Shown here one piece after another: positions 58,945 through 64,000 of a DNA stretch of 64,000 bases (its first letter is position 1; each line of letters starts with the position of its first letter). A program made the position numbers and the translations under genes. A model generated the notes under the pieces. That model saw nothing but the letters and a program-made list of their open reading frames with translations. It searched no databases and was not told the origin of the DNA. Source of the stretch: Thermodesulfobacteriota bacterium (GTDB lineage Bacteria; Desulfobacterota_D; UBA1144; Nemesobacterales; Nemesobacteraceae); contig OZ245933.1 in NCBI GenBank assembly GCA_965229995.1, forward strand, positions 16,792-80,791, in the 5' to 3' direction.

Positions 58945-60945
58945 CTACCGAACTACTGAAACTCCTGAAATCATACTGAACCCTGGGGATGAAAAACCAA
59001 AAACATCTTCATAATTTACATTGAACATATTGTTGACTCTCGAAAACAGCCTGATTTTGTCAACAAAGCTCTTCAAACTGATTTCATAGGAAGCCGCCGC
59101 GTCAACGATGAAAAAAGAATCGTTTTTAACCCTGGTGGAAGGAAACTCACTCCAGTTCACATCATCTCTGCTGCCAACATAGTTTCCCGACAGATTAAAG
59201 CCAAAGGCGTTTCTTGAATATCCCGCGTTAAATGAGAACGAATGCTCAGGTATCCGTATGAGCTGCTCCCCCTCGGAAAAGGAAGGAGACCCCAGGCCGC
59301 CGTCATCGGTTACGTCGGTCTTAACGTAGGCGTAGGTAGCACTTAGTGTTAAAGCGTCGCTTGGGTAGAAACGGATCGCGGCTTCCGCTCCCTTGGATTT
59401 TGCGCGGCTTATGTTTTCGTAGTTAGTTCCATTTTCAAATGGCGTGAAACTGTATGCGATAATATTTTTGAATCCGTTTTGGAAAAAGCTCAAATCAAGT
59501 TCGACCGCGTTATTGAGCAACGGTTGGTTGATGCCTATTTCAGCGGTCAGGGTTTCTTCGGGTTTCAGATCCGGGTTGGGTATTGTTCCGAAAGCTGCGC
59601 TGAAGTTTTCAAAAAAAGTCGCTTCCTTGATTCCTCTGCTGACGCCTCCTCTTATCGCGGTTCCGGATTCTTTTATCTTCCACTTGGCAAAGACACTCGG
59701 ACTCCACTCGCTCCCGAACGCTTCATTGTCGTCATATCTTATTCCCGCTGTTACGAAGAACGTCTCAAGCAACGCGAAGTTGTTTTGGGCGTAGAAGGCG
59801 TAGTTTTTTCTTGATTCATTTAAAGAGTCCGTCTTGAAACTTTCTTTTTCATATTCAAAACCCGTTGAGGTTATGCTCGAGATCTGATCGAAGTCTACAA
59901 AAAAACTGGAACCGTACTCAAGTGACATTCTTTTATCAAGAGTATCAAACTCTGATTCGAACCCGTCTAGCTGGGCGGGCTCGGGACCATCGTAACTTTC
60001 CCGATCAAGTCTTGTATAGCCGATCTTAAGTGAATTCTCCCACCACTCTGTCAGGGAAAAAACAATATCAGAGCCCGTAACAAGTGATTTTTCTTTCGTC
60101 TGACTGTCGGGGTCAGCAACCGCATCGAATCTGTCTCCTGCACCTCCGGTCGGGAATTCAAACTTTGAATTTCTGTATATGGAGAAAAAGGAGAGATTCA
60201 AATTATCATTCGCTTCGAGGTTCATGGTTGCCGTGAAATTATTGTTTCTGTAATCGTTGTTGATTTCCAAAATGCCTTCATCAATGATTCTTTGGTGAGA
60301 AAGAAAGTAACTCAGGTTTTCCAGACTGCCTGATATGCTTGCGGAATGCTCCAGGATCATTGCGTCTTCGGCGCGGAACCCTAGGGCCACGGATCCTGTC
60401 TTTCTGATTTTTCCGCTCCCGCGCTTTGTTATTATGTTTATAACGGAAGACGCCGCGTCGGAACCGTAAAGGGAGGAATGCGCGCCTTTTATTATCTCTA
60501 TTCTCTCTACATTTTCAGTGGTAAGAGAAGAGATATCGAAACCTCCTCCGGCTTGGTTTATCTGAACGTTGTTTATCATCACAAGGTTGTAATCCGACTG
60601 ACCGCCCCTTACAAAAATCGAAGAGTTGCCTCCTCGACTCCCTGTGCTGGATACGTTGAATCCGGGGACTCTCGAGAGTATGGATGCAATGTCTTTTTCC
60701 CCGCTTTTCTCGATCTCCTCTCTGTCAATGACTGTGACGGAAGACCCGAGACGCTCGGCGTCAATCCAGGTTTTTGTTCCCGTAACTATAATTTTTTCCA
60801 CCTCTCTCTGCTCGGAAAAACCCGTGGGCGGGAAAAGGCCTAGGATCAAAATAAAGGCAAAAAATATTTTAAAGCTGTTCATTCTTAGCTCCTCCGGATG
60901 CTTGCATATAGCTTTCCCTGGAAGAGTGGTTACCTGAATGAACAC
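58945..60945 (-). CDS. btuB: TonB-dependent outer-membrane receptor, probable cobalamin transporter
   Basis: Signal peptide, a TonB-box-like region and plug domain (IIVTGTKT...VIDREEIEKSG...IASILSRVPGFNV...SIFVRGG), then a 22-strand barrel. A cobalamin riboswitch sits in its 5' leader. Confidence 0.8.
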   Translation of the reverse strand: MFIQVTTLPGKAICKHPEELRMNSFKIFFAFILILGLFPPTGFSEQREVEKIIVTGTKTWIDAERLGSSVTVIDREEIEKSGEKDIASILSRVPGFNVSSTGSRGGNSSIFVRGGQSDYNLVMINNVQINQAGGGFDISSLTTENVERIEIIKGAHSSLYGSDAASSVINIITKRGSGKIRKTGSVALGFRAEDAMILEHSASISGSLENLSYFLSHQRIIDEGILEINNDYRNNNFTATMNLEANDNLNLSFFSIYRNSKFEFPTGGAGDRFDAVADPDSQTKEKSLVTGSDIVFSLTEWWENSLKIGYTRLDRESYDGPEPAQLDGFESEFDTLDKRMSLEYGSSFFVDFDQISSITSTGFEYEKESFKTDSLNESRKNYAFYAQNNFALLETFFVTAGIRYDDNEAFGSEWSPSVFAKWKIKESGTAIRGGVSRGIKEATFFENFSAAFGTIPNPDLKPEETLTAEIGINQPLLNNAVELDLSFFQNGFKNIIAYSFTPFENGTNYENISRAKSKGAEAAIRFYPSDALTLSATYAYVKTDVTDDGGLGSPSFSEGEQLIRIPEHSFSFNAGYSRNAFGFNLSGNYVGSRDDVNWSEFPSTRVKNDSFFIVDAAASYEISLKSFVDKIRLFSRVNNMFNVNYEDVFGFSSPGFSMISGVSVVR

Positions 60946-61094
60946 GTGAGGCAGAAAACAAAGACCGTGCGGACGCGCGGAGGATCAAAGATTTGTTTCT
61001 AAACACCATACGCCTAGCTCCCGAGGCAAAGCTACTAGATTGACGCAGGCAGGTATTCCGACTTAAAGGGCCGCCTGTTATCGAAACAGAGCGA

Positions 61095-61240
61095 CTTTTC
61101 CGGATGCGGCCTTCCCGGCTCTACTTTAAGCCAGTGACCCGAAGCGCGAGCACGCTTCGCAGGGGCACGGAAAACAACCCTTTTTACGGCTGCGGGAACA
61201 GCTCGGGACTCTCACCCGATTCCCTTAACCTGAATCTAAA
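61095..61240 (-). promoter_or_regulatory. Cobalamin (B12) riboswitch in the btuB leader
   Basis: The minus-strand RNA reads UUAAGGGAAUCGGGUGAGAGUCCCGAGCUGUUCCCGCAGCCGUAA (aptamer core AAGGGAA..GGUGxxAxUCC...GCxGxxCCCGC.GCxGUAA). Downstream come ...GGGUCACUGGC...GAGCCGGGAAGGCCGC (the CACUG / GGGAAGGC B12-box region). It ends about 150 nt upstream of the btuB AUG. Confidence 0.8.
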
Positions 61241-61244
61241 AGCA

Positions 61245-61273
61245 ATCGTACATGTTGAGGCAGAGGGTGTCAA
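61245..61273 (-). promoter_or_regulatory. Promoter TTGACA-N17-TACGAT driving the riboswitch-btuB transcript
   Basis: On the minus strand, TTGACA is the complement of 61268-61273 and TACGAT the complement of 61245-61250. This predicts a TSS just upstream of the aptamer. Confidence 0.5.
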
Positions 61274-61301
61274 AAAGGCCCCCAAACGGCAGGAAACGTA
61301 A

Positions 61302-61577
61302 TCAGGAATCGCTTGTTGGGGCCGCGGGGCCGAGCATACGGTCAAGTTCCCCCGAACGCTCAAGGGCCGCAAGCTCGTCGTAGCCTCCTACGAACTTCTC
61401 GTTTACGAAGATGATGGGCACGGTTCTCCAGTTTAGTTTCTCAACCAGCTCTTTTCTTTTTTCTACGTCCTTATCAAGCCTTACCTCTTCGTAATCCACT
61501 TGTTTTTTTTCGAGAAGCTTTTTTGCCCTTCTGCAGTAAGTGCAGTAATAACTTGTGTATATAGTTACGGAACTCAA
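61302..61577 (-). CDS. Glutaredoxin (CxxC thiol-disulfide oxidoreductase)
   Basis: 91 aa with active site YCTYC, then TVPIIFV and GGYDEL: the Grx3-like pattern. Confidence 0.85.
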   Translation of the reverse strand: MSSVTIYTSYYCTYCRRAKKLLEKKQVDYEEVRLDKDVEKRKELVEKLNWRTVPIIFVNEKFVGGYDELAALERSGELDRMLGPAAPTSDS

Positions 61578-61684
61578 CTTTACACCTCGGTTTGTTTTTA
61601 GGTCCTATGATGCTTGGTTTTTAGTATGTATTCAAGTATTTTTAGCCTTTACGCTTCCCAAGAGAACCAAGGGGTTATTATATT

Positions 61685-62233
61685 ATGCGGAAAAGAGCTT
61701 TTTTCATTGTGCTTTCTCTGATTTTCGTTACGACTTCGTGCTCCGCAACGAAGTTTTTGCTGAACTACGCCTCGGGAGATGACAGAAAACCCGGAAAGAT
61801 GAAGGACTGGGTTTACACCACGGAGCGCAACAGCTATCGTGTTGCGCCGCTTTCGCAGGACTGGGAGAGAGTGCCGATAGAAGGCGGGGACATCGCTTTT
61901 TACAACTCTGGGGAAGATCTAATGTTCACGGTGAGTTCGGTCTGCAGGGACCGTAATTACGATCTTGAAACGCTGTCGGATTCTCTTGTGGTCGGCTTGG
62001 GTAAGAAGCGGATTAAACTGCGAAAGGATATTGAGGTCGGCGGCGCTAGGGGACTTTACACGGAGTATGAGACATCGCTTGACGATAAGAATTTTTCTCT
62101 TGCGACTGTCGTGCACAAGTCTCTCAAATGCGATTACGACTTCAGCTATTCTGCGGACCCGGCCGATTTTCAGGCGAATCTTGGGAAATTCATCGATTTT
62201 CTTTCAGGTTTTAAGGAGTTCCGGGCGGAATGA
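61685..62233 (+). CDS. Hypothetical lipoprotein
   Basis: Signal peptide plus lipobox (IFVTTSCSAT). 182 aa, no recognisable family. Its stop overlaps the mlaE start. Confidence 0.35.
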   Translation: MRKRAFFIVLSLIFVTTSCSATKFLLNYASGDDRKPGKMKDWVYTTERNSYRVAPLSQDWERVPIEGGDIAFYNSGEDLMFTVSSVCRDRNYDLETLSDSLVVGLGKKRIKLRKDIEVGGARGLYTEYETSLDDKNFSLATVVHKSLKCDYDFSYSADPADFQANLGKFIDFLSGFKEFRAE

Positions 62234-63018
62234 CCAGATTTGTATCCGAACTGGCTAGCGGTTGCCTTAACTTTATTTTCGGCGTGGGAGAGGTCTGCTT
62301 TTTCCTCTGGAATTCGATTGTCGCCACTGTTACCCCTCCTTATGATTACGGTCTTCTGATGGCCCAGATACACGAGATAGGCTTTCGTTCCATCTCGATA
62401 GTCGTGGTTTCCGCCATGGCGATCGGAATGGTGATGGTAGTGCAGATGGCGTGGGGATTCGCGTGGTTCGGGGCAAAAGGGCTTGTGGGTCCGGTGGTCA
62501 CCCTTTCTTTCGTAAGGGAACTCGGGCCAATAATAACCTCTCTTCTTGTGGGAGGCAGGGTCGGTTCCGGCATTACGGCCGAGATCAGTTCGATGAAGGT
62601 AACGGAACAGATAGACGCCATAAGGACCCTTGGAGCCGATCCGATCAGAAAGCTTGTTTCTCCCAGGCTGATGGCATGCATCATATCCTTCCCGCTGCTT
62701 GCCGTCATATCGAACCTCGCCGGCATAGGGGGAGCAATGATTATCTCGCAGATGGAACTTAACGTGAAACCCACTCTTTTCATCGAAAGCATAAGGGGCT
62801 GGGTTTCTCTCGAAGATCTGATGACCGGTATTTCAAAGACGCTGTTTTTCGGAATCATAGTGGCGATTACCGGCTGCTACGTGGGGATGAAAGCCGAGGG
62901 AGGAACGCGCGGAGTCGGAAACGCCACCACCAAAACGGTTGTGATCTCGCTTTTTCTGATAATACTTTTCGACTTTATTCTCTCAAAGATATTTGTTATC
63001 GCCATTTACGATTTTTAG
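62230..63018 (+). CDS. mlaE: ABC transporter permease MlaE/YrbE family (phospholipid/lipid asymmetry transporter)
   Basis: 262 aa with about 5 TM helices. Conserved MlaE segments (IHEIGFRSISIVVVSAMAIGMVMVVQ, ELGPIITSLLVGGRVGSGITAEISSMKVTEQIDAIRTLG). Confidence 0.8.
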   Translation: MTRFVSELASGCLNFIFGVGEVCFFLWNSIVATVTPPYDYGLLMAQIHEIGFRSISIVVVSAMAIGMVMVVQMAWGFAWFGAKGLVGPVVTLSFVRELGPIITSLLVGGRVGSGITAEISSMKVTEQIDAIRTLGADPIRKLVSPRLMACIISFPLLAVISNLAGIGGAMIISQMELNVKPTLFIESIRGWVSLEDLMTGISKTLFFGIIVAITGCYVGMKAEGGTRGVGNATTKTVVISLFLIILFDFILSKIFVIAIYDF

Positions 63019-63103
63019 TTTTCCCCGGTCCGCGTAAAGTTCTTTGACTTTAAAGTTACATTCAGTAAAATTTTGATCCCTAATTTGTCCGGGAGAGAAT
63101 ATT

Positions 63104-63532
63104 ATGAAGTCATACATGGCCAGAAGCGGTGATTTTGAAAAGAAGTGGTACCTGATTGACGCGCGAGGAAAACCCGTTGGAAGGCTTGCGACCAGAGTGG
63201 CCTTGATTCTTAGAGGCAAGGGCAAGCCGCAGTTTACTCCCCATTCGGATATCGGGGATTTCGTCGTTATAGTCAATGCCGATAAAGCTACATTCTCCGG
63301 CAGGAAGTGGGAGCAGAAAACCTATTACAGCCATTCCCACTACCCGGGAGGACTTAAATCCGTGACCGCGGATAAACTTGCCGAGAAGAAGCCGGGCGAG
63401 ATAATCCGCAAAGCTGTCTGGGGAATGCTTCCCAAGACCAAGTGGCAGAAGAAACTTATACAGCGAATGAAAGTCTACGTCGGCGACAAGCATCCGCACG
63501 TGGCCCAAAATCCCGAGGTTCTGGAGGTCTGA
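63104..63532 (+). CDS. rplM: 50S ribosomal protein L13
   Basis: WYLIDARGKPVGRLATRVALILRGK...VVIVNADK...: the canonical L13. 142 aa. Confidence 0.92.
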   Translation: MKSYMARSGDFEKKWYLIDARGKPVGRLATRVALILRGKGKPQFTPHSDIGDFVVIVNADKATFSGRKWEQKTYYSHSHYPGGLKSVTADKLAEKKPGEIIRKAVWGMLPKTKWQKKLIQRMKVYVGDKHPHVAQNPEVLEV

Positions 63533-63538
63533 TTCATT

Positions 63539-63934
63539 ATGCCTGAAACCGTTATTTACAATGGCACGGGGAGGAGAAAAACGTCGATTGCCAGAGTCTG
63601 GCTTAGAAGAGGCAGCGGCTCCATTACCGTGAACAAGAAATCCGTGGAAGATTATTTTCCCAGAGAAGTGTGGCAGATAAAGGCTCGCGAACCTCTGAGC
63701 GTCACCGATACTTCCATGGAGTACGACGTGATGGTCAGGGTGAAGGGAGGAGGCCTTACCGGCCAGGCAGGTGCTGTGAGCCACGGACTTGCCAGGGCCC
63801 TTCTTAAAGCCAACGAATCATTTCGGAAGAAACTCAAGGTTTCCGGACTGCTAAAGCGCGACCCGAGAATGGTTGAAACCAAAAAGTACGGAAAACGCAA
63901 GGCGAGAAGGGGACAGCAGTTCTCCAAAAGGTAA
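63539..63934 (+). CDS. rpsI: 30S ribosomal protein S9
   Basis: YNGTGRRKTSIARVWLRRGSG..., C-terminal ...RDPRMVETKKYGKRKARRGQQFSKR. 131 aa. Confidence 0.92.
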   Translation: MPETVIYNGTGRRKTSIARVWLRRGSGSITVNKKSVEDYFPREVWQIKAREPLSVTDTSMEYDVMVRVKGGGLTGQAGAVSHGLARALLKANESFRKKLKVSGLLKRDPRMVETKKYGKRKARRGQQFSKR

Positions 63935-64000
63935 TTCTACTTGTCTGATAAACCTGAGAAGTTTCAAAGAAAATTTGATATCCGCCCTGCAAGCGGAAAG

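Noticed and set aside
58945-59030. Possible frameshift at the btuB 3' end, because the protein ends ...GVSVVR rather than with the usual terminal aromatic residue.
   Set aside because: Alternative frames do not give a better canonical beta-barrel terminus, and I cannot verify it without alignment.
63110-63784. 224-aa ORF antisense to rplM-rpsI.
   Set aside because: Opposite two universally conserved ribosomal protein genes. Spurious.
1-64000. CRISPR arrays, tRNA genes and rRNA genes.
   Set aside because: I scanned the intergenic regions for regularly spaced direct repeats, for tRNA T-loop (GGTTCGAATCC-like) and CCA-end contexts, and for rRNA-like conserved blocks, and found none.

Overview
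This 64-kb window looks like ordinary bacterial chromosome (GC roughly 50-55%), densely packed on both strands with housekeeping genes: pheT(partial)-ihfA-tilS, smc, secA, folK/folD/thiD, trpEG, the rpmH-rnpA-yidD-yidC-jag cluster, rpmG-rpmB, fabH and rplM-rpsI. It also carries an oadGAB Na+-pumping oxaloacetate decarboxylase operon, a pccB-accC-BCCP acyl-CoA carboxylase operon, two LLM-class flavin oxidoreductases plus a CofD homolog, and a cobalamin-riboswitch-controlled TonB-dependent receptor (btuB). The accessory content is small: a higBA toxin-antitoxin pair, one IS element with a DDE transposase and terminal inverted repeats, and a ~350-bp tandem duplication encoding small Pro/Gln/Glu-rich repeat proteins. 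I found no CRISPR array, tRNA/rRNA gene or recognisable defence island. The most unusual items are a single ORF that fuses glutamate-tRNA ligase to dephospho-CoA kinase with no stop between them, tandem acyl-CoA synthetase paralogues bracketing a Na+/Ca2+ exchanger with a 32-bp palindromic operator upstream, twin perfect palindromes in front of oadGAB, and a candidate promoter-to-terminator small-RNA unit upstream of smc. Two ribosomal protein genes, rpmH and rpmG, are absent from the ORF track because they are under 60 aa; I called them by direct translation.
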